The translations under genes and the position numbers were made by a program. DNA of 64,000 nucleotides from Catajapyx aquilonaris (lineage: Eukaryota): assembly GCA_000934665.2 (NCBI GenBank), contig KZ538215.1, positions 62,001-126,000 of the forward strand, written 5' to 3'. Under the pieces are notes generated by a model that was not told where the DNA came from, did not search any database, and worked only from the letters and a program-made list of their open reading frames with translations. Positions 1 through 12,500 of this stretch are shown here, one piece after another. Each line of letters begins with the position of its first letter. Within the stretch, counting starts at the first letter, position 1.

Positions 1-778
1 GCACTTTTATCCCAGCAGCATAGAATGAGAGTTCCCCCCTCCTCAGCCACACCAGGACAGCTTCTTGCACTGTCTCATTCGTCTCGATGACAAATGCTGT
101 TTTAAAGGCCCAAAAAGGTGGAAATCGCTGGGGGCAAGGTCGGGGCTGTATGGCAGGTGAGGAATAGTGGTCCAACTGAGTGTGCGAATTTTGTCCATGG
201 TAATATGGACTATGTGGGGGCGGGCATTGTCGTGCAGTAGAAAAATGCCTCGCAGACACCTTAGAGACGTGAAGGTGTTCATGCAGAATAGTCTCAACAC
301 TGCCACAACTGATTCCTGTCATCTGCACAAGCCCACGAACAGTTAACGCGACGGTTACTGAGGACTAAACCCTCCACATGCTTGATGTTCGCTGGCGTCA
401 CCACACTCGGCGCCGACCCACCATGTCCTGTATCATCGAGCACATTTTTGCGGCCACCTTTGTATCGTGCAGCCCACTCATACACCACCGATCTGCTCAG
501 GGTATCCTCCCCATACTGTCTCCTTAGTCTGGTGACAATGTCCGATGCTTTGATGCCTTCCGCTACCAGAAACTTAATGATAACGCCCTGTCCCACTACT
601 GCGCTGACACCATCCGACTCCATCTTTTTTTTCTCTCTCACATGACTGTTTACGGAGACTGGCCCTTGACTGAACATAGAAGACAGTTGAAGGAAGGTGT
701 GGTATAAGTTTGACACCTGTGTCACTTGTGTATGATTTGTTAAAAAATAAAGTCCGGGAATGACTTGAACACCCCTCG
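1..778 (-). mobile_element. Defective mariner transposon (internally deleted), in SNRPC intron 2; runs off the left edge
   Basis: Minus-strand peptides give an N-terminal HTH (IIKFLVAEGIKASDIVTRLRRQYGEDTLSRSVVYEWAARYKGGR) and C-terminal mariner motifs LLHDNARPH and PYSPDLAPSDFHLFGPLK in a separate ORF after a stop. The end reads TA-CGAGGGGTGTTCAAGTCA (TA at 779-780). The WVP linker and first catalytic Asp region are absent. Confidence 0.9.
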
Positions 779-1394
779 TACAATGTTCCAATTGAACTAC
801 CCGTAGTGGCTAGAAATTTATGGCAATTAAGAGCTTTGTTTTTTGGCAGTCGTAATTGAATAGCTAATAATAATAAGTTGTGTGGACCCAGTAAGACACA
901 AATGAGGAAAACCCAGCATATATGCAATGCAACGCCTATCCAGAAGCAGAGAAAACAATGGAAATAAGTGGCTTGCTGCCAAGTAAATTGCCTTGATGGG
1001 CAAAAATGTACTTGGAGCCACAAATTCAGGGTTCTAAAAGCATTCAGACTTGGAGGAAACTTGTTATTGCTCCTTAGGTGTAGTGCAGATGGCCTTACAC
1101 TCTCTGAGTGTGCACAAGAGCCTACACCGGAATAAACTAATCCGGAGTTAACACTGGTGCCACATCAGTGATGCATCAGCAGGTAAACAATGAGGCCTAG
1201 TAACTACGCTCCTCAAAGAACACAAACGGAGCTTTTGCTGCCCACTGGTCCAACGCTACTCCCTAGTTGTTGTTCCGTAACACCTCTGGAGTCTTCACGA
1301 CTGCTTTGTTATGCTCGACCACATGTAGGAGTGATCATCCACCCTCCTTTTCGTGCAACAGACAGATGGGCGAAGTAAGTGAATCCATTCTTAC

Positions 1395-1511
1395 CGAGTC
1401 GTGCGTGAGGTAGGTATCACAGTAATCGCAGTAGTACCTGGAATGAGAGCAAATAGCCGTCAGTAAGACTAATCGGGGTACGCGGGTACGTGGGATAACT
1501 CACTTCGGCAT
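1395..1511 (-). CDS. SNRPC: U1 small nuclear ribonucleoprotein C, exons 1-2 (1511-1504, 1437-1395); the rest lies beyond the left edge
   Basis: ATGCCGAA|gtgagt ... ttccag|G TAC TAC TGC GAT TAC TGT GAT ACC TAC CTC ACG CAC GAC TCG|gtaaga splices to MPKYYCDYCDTYLTHDS, the conserved U1-C zinc-finger N-terminus. Confidence 0.93.
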
Positions 1512-1994
1512 GTTTCTAGCTTCGTCTTCTCCGGAACGACCTCAAGAGGAACCGTGAAACAAGCCGAGGATTCTGCCGAACGTAGTAACGCCGTAACGCC
1601 GACGAAGTGCGTTCAGCCACTGTAATCGGTGCAAGTGATGCACCTATGACATCGGAAGCGGAACTCCTGCCACGGCGATTGGCATTCTGAATTTATAACC
1701 AAACACTGCGCTTATGGAACGGAGCTCGCTTGGTACTTTATGAACGCACCTCCGGAACAAATGACTGTCAAGGCAATTTGCAGTGCTCGAAATACGGGAC
1801 ATTTGTGCGAAATAAATTCACCCACCAGGATTTCTCATGAATCATGATCAAGGGCTGCTCCCACATTTATTTCTCCCCACCTCTTCTTTGGTGAAATTGT
1901 GAAACTGCTTTATAATTGCAGTAGGACTTCCACTATGCGCAGGATTTCCCACAGGAACGTGTAATTCAGAAGCACTACTGTATAATTATGTTCA

Positions 1995-2100
1995 TCGCAG
2001 GTCAGAGACCCTCCTGACGCAGCTGAAAGGGAACACCCAGGCGGGGATAGAACCTGGGACCTTTCACTCAGCAAGCAGAGACGTTACCATCTCAGCCACT
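1995..2100 (-). mobile_element. tRNA-derived SINE head fragment
   Basis: Minus strand reads TGGCTGAGATGG (A box) ... GGTTCTATCCC (B box) then CCTTTCAGCTGCGTCAGGAGGGTCTC, closely similar to the plus-strand copy at ~10881-10975. Confidence 0.7.
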
Positions 2101-3525
2101 GAACATTTTCAAGTTCACAATTAATTTTTCAAATATCAAACAGTGCTGAGTGTAACATACTATTATATTGGAGTAGTTTAGTACAGGAAAATGTGGGTAT
2201 GAGGTATGGAACAATAAAGCAACCCATGGTGTCATTTCCAAGAAATGTAATTCATTTGTAAACTGAGGATATATAAACAGCAAAAACAAACCCAATACAT
2301 TATCATATCATTAACTCATGCTCTGATAATATGTTACAGTGTTCACCTTAGCCATAAATTTGTTTGTTTATTAAATCACGCTGATACATTAACCGTAAAT
2401 AATAATTTGTAAACGATGATGACCCTAGAATGAATTAAAAACATGAACTAAAATGATCTCCCCCAACCATTGTTCCACCTACCCGTTGGCCATACGAAAC
2501 AGACCCAGCTTTGTAATAATTGGGTAACATTGCAGAGACTTAACCCTGGCTTTTGTGCAAATCTTTGGCAGTGAATGCATCCTTGTTTGATCAGGTGCTG
2601 TTTATCTCAACTTATGAGAAGGCAATCGCAGCCAGTAATTTTCTTTAAAATTCCTATTGCAGATTGGTTTCACTTGAAAAAATGCTGTTTACATTCGGAA
2701 AACTTGCCACACACACAGTCAAGGTGTTAAGGTCAACAGGGATAGTAGACATGAGCACCTACACATGTACCTGCCCATCTTCACTTATGCAAATCTATCT
2801 ATCTCAACAAGACAATACATTCCACGAGTGAACACTGTTGGTGTATCAACTCATGAACAGTTGTAGATTACTGATTGCCCTAATGCCCATTATCAGGAAT
2901 CATAAGGCCAAGCAGATGTCGGCAGTGGCTTTGTCTATTGGCAAGGTGTCTTTGGGGGTAAGAGACAAAGATAGACACCAGTCTTTCTCTCTTCATTTCT
3001 ACCTCTATCTGTCCCACCTTTGCATCTTGTAATAGTCAGATAGAAATAGTTGCTTTGGCTCTTTCCCAATCAAACAAACAAACAGCCAAGTATACAACTG
3101 GTTAACTGCTATCACATGTAAATAAAAAGGCATTAAAAAGGGTAAAAATTACAAATAACTTTCATGCCACACACAGACCAATCAGAAAGTGCCCTGATGT
3201 GCCTCCTTGAGCATGATCGTTGGTAATAAAAAATTGCAAGGTCATATGCAGGTGCTCACATTCACCCTGGTTTTCAACCTCTGTCCTTCTAAGTAATGAC
3301 AGTGGCAGGAGCTGTTAATATGCTAATCAACAGGGCATTTTTCTCTGTCAAACTAGTTCACAATTGGGACACATGATAATAAACCAATCTTGTTTTCTCC
3401 TCATTAAAAGGCAGGGGGAGAGTAAAAGTACAAAACCACAATAAATAATTAAAACAACAGGAACTGTGTAATGAACAACAGACCCATAAGTGTCACAAGA
3501 AATAAATTAACATGAAATAATTTAT

Positions 3526-6500
3526 CTAATCGATCTCCTCTGGGTCAGTGTATCCCAACCCCTCGTCCATCAGCGCTTTCTCCACCTCTTCCTCAACACT
3601 TCCATCCATCTCCACATCTGCTCCTCCCATATCCTGACTTGCTTTTCCAGTCTGCACCTCTACCTCCCCTGCCTCCAGACCTGCTTCTCCTTCCTCTTCA
3701 TCAGCTTCTCCTCCCTCAAAGTCAGCTTCATCCGTCTCTACATTTCCAGTCACCGTTGTTCCTGCACTTTCTGTTGCTCCTGTAACTGTTTCGCTCAAAT
3801 CTGACTCACAATGCACGTGCTCTGGTACAGCCAAATTAGCAGGAGCTTCAGCATCAACTTCCCTACGCCGATAAAACAGGACATAAGCAGATTTTGTTGT
3901 GACTTCCAACTCCTCCACTGGCTCCACTATGGTGTCATCACAAAGTCTCCAACCTGGAGCACAGGTAAGTTCACATAATACCAGGTACTCTAATATTTTT
4001 AACTAGTAAATTTGAAAAAATTATTTAATGCACAGGTACACTAGCGTACACTTTCATGCCCCATTCACTCTTCAGCTGGCGAAAAGTAGTAAAATTGCAC
4101 TTACATTCCTCACTTCTCATAGTATTGTTCTTGTCCACACATCTTGTGAATGCTGTGTAATGCCCTCCGAGAATCCCCCCATGGTGGTTCACCACAGCAT
4201 ACAGGTCATATATTGTGTCCTTTTCATCGATACTGGTCCTCAGCATGTAGGCAGACATATTCAAATCCCTGCAACAAAAAGTAAAGAATGATCATTCAGT
4301 AGATGCCATAAACTGACTGGGTTTACAGGATCATCACTAAATAATTTTCATTGCCAAGAGGTTCATAACCAGGAGAGTACACTGTGAAAGCCCCTACTGG
4401 CTACGGGTGACTAAACATTGACTAATCATTTGAAGAGTATCTTTCCACCAACCTGAGTGGGAAATGCACCATTCGATCAATCTTGTCTCTCATGGTAAGG
4501 TTCTTAAAGTTGAAGCGCTTGAGTTGGATGACGAGGATGGTGGGGAGCTTCCAAAGGGACATTTGCTTGGTTGCCTCCCTTAACTCCCGGCAGCAGGAGC
4601 AGTACCAGGCCTCTGCCTGGGACAGCACCTCTGGCTCTGTGAACAGCCTGATGCATTGTTGCAGGGTCAAGATGCTGGGGCGGCCATCCTCCCCACCCTC
4701 TGGGTCATCAGCTGCTGCTCCTCCAAGGCGTGGCTCTGGATCGTAGTCAATGGGCTTTGACTCTACCATGCAGCAGCCTCGCATTCGCTCACAGTTGTGC
4801 CAGTCCATTGTAAGCTCTGCAGCTTGTCCCAGGTGCAAGACACCTCCACCACTGGGCTCCTTCATCTGCAACCCATATGAAAGTTCATCAAGTTCTGAAC
4901 TTCAGCAATAATTATTATAATGAACTGCACTTACCAGTTCTTCCCCATCATGGGTGACAAGATGTATGTCAAACAGTGGGAGGTTTTCTTCTAGGGTAGT
5001 GTCAGATGAAGTTGTTGGAGAGGAGAGTGGAGTAATAGTAGGAGTAGTAGTGAGGGGAGGAGGAGAGCATGGCCCATTTTCTGAGGAGGAAGAAGTTGGA
5101 GATGATGCAGAGGAAGAGGACGAGGAAGAGGATGAGTTAAGAGTACCACTGCTGTTGAGTCGTGAGTGAGGAATAAGTGGCTGAAATGTGTGGACTGAGT
5201 GCCTAGATTGGGCCTCCAGGTGCAGAGCTAAACGAGCATAGGTCACGTGGCTGGCTGGGAGGCTCAGCAGGAAGGGGCAGCCTACAGGTTCAGGGACACG
5301 ATGGCAACTTGGGCGATGGTGGTTCCAGTGGCTCTTTTGGCATATCTGCAAATTACAATATAACAAGCATTTTCAGAAATTAGCAAAAATTCCAACACTA
5401 AAATCAACACACAAAGGCACATAAAACAGAAAAACTGTTATTATAATCCGAAAACACTTCCAGCCAGCTCAATCTACCTGGTTGCAGTATGCCACCCGGA
5501 AGCACTTGGTGCATCTCTTGAGCTTCGGTTCCCCATGTGCAGGCTCCTTCCGACACTGAGAGCATTTGACAGGTGGGCTGGGCACCATCAGCCTCTGAGT
5601 AACCACAAAGTTGACCACAGGTTCCCCAGCCATTGCCTCATCCAGGGTCTCAAAAGCCAGCACCAAGTCCGAATGGCTCACTGTCGCCAAGGGGGTCTCT
5701 TTACGGAAGAATCGCCGCACTTGACTCCTATACACCTCCAACATTCGAATACATTTAGGATGCACTCCAGTTCTCTGGGCTAGTTGTTGCCTTAGTTGCT
5801 CTGCTTGAGCGTCCACAGTCACCCGTACTAGACATCGCAGGGGACGGCACAGGGGATCCCTCCAGAAAAACATTACCGGGATGGTTTTCTGCTTCTTTGG
5901 AAGGGGGACCGATAGGTACAGGAATGGGTCAAATGTTATTGACACCTGCAAGAAATAAAAATGTATTTCCTTAAAAACCTTGCAATATTAATATCAATCG
6001 CTGCTCTATTATTGTTTTCATAAGGAACCCCAGGTGAGTGATGCAACCTCAAGGGATCATCTTTTTAATGTCCTATTTTATTCACAACCTCAGTGACAGG
6101 ATAAATTTTTAATCCAGATATGTCTGGAATTTGTTAAAATTTTGAAATATGTTAGTTTTTATTAGTTCATAATACAGGGTGTCTGAAAAGTCCAGCACCA
6201 TAGGCCAAATCACAGTAATTGTTCAACATGTCCTGCATCGGTCTGTAGGGTGGAAATGTGTGCTTAGACAGGATGGATGAGTTGTCTGCCTTCCTATCCT
6301 GGGCTCCTTTTTGACGAGGACAATTTTTATGTGGATGGGGAGTACACCATGAAGATTCACAATATGACCCACCTCTGCACTAGGTTACCATGCCCTAGGC
6401 CCAGATTTTGTTTCCCGTGTGCTCAAAAACCTGCGATTCTGCCTACAGACCTGTGTGCAACATAATGGAGAACACATTGAACAGTTACTGTGTTTGCCCT

Positions 6501-9500
6501 ATGGTGCAGCAGTTCTAGGACAACCTGTAGTTCCCAAACACAACAATTGAGATAATTTTTTTTCCAGAATGCTAGTTTGCAAGAAAATGGCCACACATGT
6601 CAGGAGTAGAACAAGTGTTAATTCCATTATGAGTCAACAGTCACGAATCAACTGTTGACAGGTGCCCAGCAGTGGCTGTGTGCAAAAGAACTTGTAAAAA
6701 CACCCAGCAGCAATTTTTAAAGACAATAAAGTAAACCTGACCTTGCCACATTCTGGACAGACGAGCTTAGACTTGTACTGCCCTTGGAAGAGATCCACAA
6801 TAATGGAATCATTCCTCTTCTTGTACGTTCTCCATGCTTCTTGGGCTACTTCGTCATCAGGCCTCCCATCTGACTCCACAGCCTCGGTATATTCTTTATG
6901 CCTGACACGGTTCAAGTCCTCATGCAGGCCATCGAGAAGAAAGGCCATGAACTCATGGGCATCATGTTGGAGAAAACCTGAGAACTGGGAAGCTTTCACG
7001 CTCACTAGGGACTTCAATTTTGATGGGGCGAATGACTTATGGCCTCCACTCCACATCACTTTCAGGAGGACAGCAAAAGACACAGCTAACTGCCCCTGCA
7101 TTCCAAGTGGGTTATCCACATTGATGTCCTGTTGATAGTGGCTTCCTGGAATTGCATCAGTGAATTGGTAATTGAATATCTTAAACAATAAATATCACTG
7201 TGCATGTCTGACCATAACAAATACAATATGTAAAGCTTGCCAATTGCAGTTATGGTTACTATGTCTGAAGAATCAGCTTAGATCTGCACTGTGGATGGTC
7301 CCATGCACCTCTCACTTATCATACGGATTCCCGAGAGAAGGAAAGGGAGCAGTTCACGCAAAGAAAGCGTGAGCCTACATAATTACGTACACACCAGCCA
7401 ATAGAAAGAAATTTCACTCATCACCCAGCAATGCAGGCAGCTAAAGCGGCGTTTACATGCGAGCCATTTGACAAGCGAAGCCATCACTGAGTGACGTAAC
7501 CAATATTGTTTGAGGTGAAAGTAACGATCAATTTTCGCCTCAAACACTACTGGTTATTCGGGTTACTCAGCATTGTTATCGCTGGCGATGACATTGCGCG
7601 ATCAAATTGCTCACATGTAAACGTACCTTCATGAACAGAAGCTCATGAGAAGGGCGAGAGGTGTTTGGGAAGCCACATATTTAAAGTTTTGAATTCTTCT
7701 GACAAAGGCACGTTCAAAACATGAGAAAACATCAATTTCATTTCAGCCTTGAAATAAACAAGGTCATCTTCAACCTGAATTAAATTCTATTTCACGCTTA
7801 CCTAGAAAGTAGTCTCGCAACTCCCTGGTGTTAGCCAAGCATTGAATCACAGCGTTCATGAAGCAAGTATTTCCAATGTTATCCAGGCCTGTCATACCAG
7901 GACACACTGGCTTACCCATCAACATTCCTTTATTCATGTGGGGAATTAGTCCACCAGATTTCTGCCAGAGGAAAGATGACTTAAGTGAATTATCACCCCT
8001 GGTGACCACTGGCAATCTTTAAAAATCATTGCTAATTTGCAACATTTTGACAAGTATTTATCAGTTCAAGCAATCCCTTTCGGCCATTGTAGCTTTCAAA
8101 TTCTAATCTACATAGTCGCTCACCTTTTGTTCCAAGATTCTTAGTTACAAAAATAGCACCTACAGATTCCCTATATATACACAGTAAAACTTCTATAAGT
8201 CGAATTTCCCTAAGTCAAAGTTCTCTATAAGTTGAAGAAAATGATGAGCTTGGTTGGTCACAATGTAAAATAATAGGAAATAAACTTCCCTAACTCGAAT
8301 TTCTATAACTCTAAGTATTGGCAGGGCCTTACGATGGGATATCAATGCATTTTCAGTCTCCCTAAGTCGAGGTTCAACTTGGCGAGTACGGAAAATTTTC
8401 TGATTTCCCAGGTGAAGGGTCGAGAGTAGACCACATGTACAGAAAGGCTCAATTTCCTGATCTCAGTCTACCAGACGCACCGAAAGAAGTGTTTGAATCG
8501 ATTGTGAAAATTGAATCCTTGAATTTAAGAGTAGCCAAATGTCCATAACCAAGACTTTTTTTACAACAAAACAATGAGGAACATTGTTAAGTGTGATAGT
8601 GATAGTTAGTTTTGAACACCTTTTGTCCCTGGATATAAAGGTAGGCTTCCTTATCGAGTTCTGTGCTTTAAAAAAGCGCAAACATCTCTAACTCGAATCT
8701 TCTATAACTCGAAGTTTTTTCCCGGTCCCATGGAGATTCGACTCATAGAAGTTTTACTGTACCTCACCAGCATGAGGTGTTTGAATTTCAAATATTTTTT
8801 CACAAAAGTTGGGCAATATTTTAAAATGTGCCTACTTCAGGAAATAGTCAACAATGCACAAGACATAATGTCCTTACTGCTGTAGCTTCTTCTCCATTCC
8901 TGGCATTCCCTGTGCCATTCTCTGTTTTCCAGGGAACTGCAATCCATTTATTGGAAGTCACCTCTCCTGATCCACCAACTAGGGAAAAAACAACACTTTG
9001 AACACTTATTAACAGCTACAGTGTTGTTATTATTTTTCTACGTCACATGAAGGTCTTTTCAAATAGGAACATTTTTCTACAAATTTATTTACTTCCTTAT
9101 AAAACACAAAATGGTTTTAGGATTTGCTGGTTACAAACACCTATTCCATTCTAAATATGAATAAAATGACAACAATAGATACATCAAAGATTGCCTTCAC
9201 AATTCCATTGTTGAAACACCCCCTTCCCTTGCATGCTACTGGAGGTGATACTTCTATCAGGATCCCTTGCAAATTGATAAATCTGGTGGGTGGGTTTTTC
9301 ATATTTCTGTTATCAGATGCTGTTAATGTCATGTAACCAAGGAAATCTGTATGAAAGAATTCTAACTAGCAGACGCCAGCTTCTAGTCAAGTCCTAGCAA
9401 AAGGATGAAAAATCTCCATCTTGCCTCAAAACTGCATGAACTAACCTATAGCATCTGGCAGCATCTCGAACCCGCCCCATCTGAGTGAATCCTTTTTCTT

Positions 9501-12500
9501 GAGATGCAGTTCCAGGATTGAAGCATTCGCTTTGTACCTGGACTGCTCTGGAATTATGGGTCCCTTCAGCTTCACTGCCCATTGGAATATGGTATTCTCT
9601 TCACGACCATGGTACAATGCATGGAATTTGGAATCACTGAAAATAGGTAGCTTTCAGCAACATGTCATAAATAATAACAGCTGGATTATAAGATAGGGCC
9701 AACATGGGTTTTACTGTGCTTAACAGATGATTACTTCAATTTTTTTATCTCGGTCAACTAACCTTGTTGAAAAGGTGATGGTTACCATTTCCTCCTGCAT
9801 CTTCACATCAAGGGTGTCCTTGCGTATGCTTTTGACATACACATGAACTGTGAAGATATCATGACCCTCAATACAGTCATGTTTGATGTGGTTCACATTA
9901 AACACTGGTGTATCCTCCTCCAGGTGTGCATCTGCTAAAGTTGCAACTCCATTGGGCATTGGAGGAGGTGGAGGGGGTGCCTCAAGTGAGTCCCACATGA
10001 CATTGGGCTCCTTCTTCAAGAGGGTGAAGGCAAGCTTTCCTCCCTTGTACCCCAGCTTCACCTGATTGCAATCAACCTCTTGAAAGAGCCTGGCAGACCA
10101 GTGCCGGCCATCAGGCAGTTTCACAGACAACACATGTGGCGTGCATTCGTGAGAAACTGCTTTTATGCTGAGGCTGGGACCCACATGTAGGATAACCACT
10201 ACTTTGTGGATTTCCTGACACCACTCAAACTGGATTGTTCCTTGGGCATTAAGCTGCAATGGAAAAAAAGATATCAACATTAGAGATGTAAACAGATCAA
10301 AAAATTATCAGTCATTTTGCACAGCCATGTGGGATCAGGTCTAGTGACCCAGAAGATGTCAATGCATACCCTGGTTGCAGCCTGATCATAGGAAGGATTA
10401 TAATTTTTCACTATTTATTTATTTATTTATTTATTTGATACCCTGTTAGCCAGCCTGTGGCCGTTATTGGGGGGACACCACCACCGTTACCATCATTTAC
10501 ATAATTGCATACGCTTGACAATGTTAGAAAAAAAATAATACAAAGAGAATGCTTGTTGCTTTGTTAAGTTGTCGAATGCGAAAGACAGCAGCTCGATCGG
10601 AAGTACTGATATTTTTCACTATTACCACACAAGTAACCCAAATGGTTATGGAAATGTTGGGCAACTGAACAGGTTTGAAAATAAATGAAAAATTTATCTG
10701 TCAGAGTGAGAGAATGTGAATGAGACATAGACTAGCTGTATATTTAGATGAATTGAGAATGGACACATTGATGTCCAAAAAAATTGCAATTTCAGAGTGA
10801 CCCTTTGTATGTGTGTTAAGAAAATGCATGCTGGTCAATGTAAGAGAACAAGCTATAAAATTACATAGGGGAAGGTGCAATGGCCGAGATGGTAACGTCT
10901 TGGCTTGCAGTGCAAAAGGTCCAGGTTCTAATCCCAGCCCGAGAGTAACCTTTCGCCTGCGTCAGTGGGTCTCCTCCCCGCACCTAAGGAGGCGTCTTGG
11001 CAACAGGCCTCCTGGGGGACTGCACATGACCCTTTTCCGACATTGCACTTGCACCTGTGTCCCCTCCCCAAAACCCCAACCCTTGCCCCATTTCCTAGTA
11101 TTCCTTGCACCAGAGAGCGAAGTAAAAAATTACCAGAAAACTGATGGTGGTGTGCCACCCCCCTATAACAACTTAAAGTTGTTTAAAAAATTTAATTTAT
11201 TTATTTATACCCCATTGGGAGAATCGGCACTCCATTAGGGGGGTGGAGTACCACCATTGGATGGGGCAAAGGATAGGGAAGGAAGGAAGCAGCTGTGGCC
11301 TATTATACAGAAACAACCCCGGAATTATTCTGGGGGGACTGTAGAAAACCACAGAAAACCACGGTCAGGGTTGCAGGCCCCGGGATTCGAACCCAGGACC
11401 TCCCGATTAGCAGTTAGGCTCCTTAACCCCCACACCAACTTGCTTCGGTATAGCAACTTAAAGTTGTATCATGGGGTAAAATAAATAAATAATAAATAAA
11501 TAAAATAAAGTAAAATAATATATGCAAGGTATAATGTTCCCACAGCAGTACATTAACCCTTAACCACCAACTTTTTCTACCCCACAATGTAGTTAGTACC
11601 ATCGCAATTAATAAATTTGCTATGAAATGAAAAATGGCAGGCCTATATTCCTCAGACATACTTTCTTCGATTCAATGAAAAACTTTGACATCAGTAGAAA
11701 ATGTTTTTGCTGAGTTACTGCTACTTTTATGCTGCTAAGCATCCCTGGAGTCTAGATATACGTACACCTTGTCACAGCCAATGTACATAATTTTTTAGAG
11801 AACACATCCCAGTGCATCACAGCAAATCATATTTTATAAAGTGTGCATATGACAGTAATGAAAATATAAATGATCTCTGGTAATTGAAAAGGTTCTATCT
11901 TGCAACTTTTTTCACGAGGCACTTATGCACTTATTGCTCTAACCCCTCCAAAAACTGGAATTACGAGTTCCATGAGCCTCAAATTTGCATGTGTACCACA
12001 TGTGTCGAAAACTAACCTATAATAATATTAATAATATAATATAATAATATTAATATTTATTTCCCTATACAAAGTAGTATTTGGAAAGACCATCCCCCTC
12101 CAAAACTTACATAACAATATCACATAGTTGTAATTTTTTCACTGCATTAAAAAAAAATTTATATAAAGGAAAAACATTTATAGTAGGCATATCTATGAAC
12201 AAGGTATATACATCATCTGGTGGAACCCCCGGAAAATCTCTTATACACTCACGAGCTTCTTGGTAAAAAATACACTCAAATAGGATATGAAAAAGAGAAC
12301 AACCAGCCATATCATTACATAAGGAACATATTTCGTCATTGTCAATTTTCATACAGTAACCTTGGATGTAAAGAACTCTGGAATTATTCCTTAAGTTTAT
12401 CATTAATCGCGTTAATTTTAGTGGTATCCCCTGATGCAAATAATTCTCCTGTAAACATCCATTCGAAATTTCAAAATAATGTTTATATGCTCGTGTGTTC

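Noticed and set aside
8182..8759. CRISPR-like repeated motifs
   Set aside because: Irregular subterminal repeats inside a TIR element in a eukaryotic intron; no spacers or cas genes.
10881..10940. tRNA gene
   Set aside because: Has A/B boxes but no convincing cloverleaf; it continues into a body shared with the 1995-2100 copy, so it is a SINE head.
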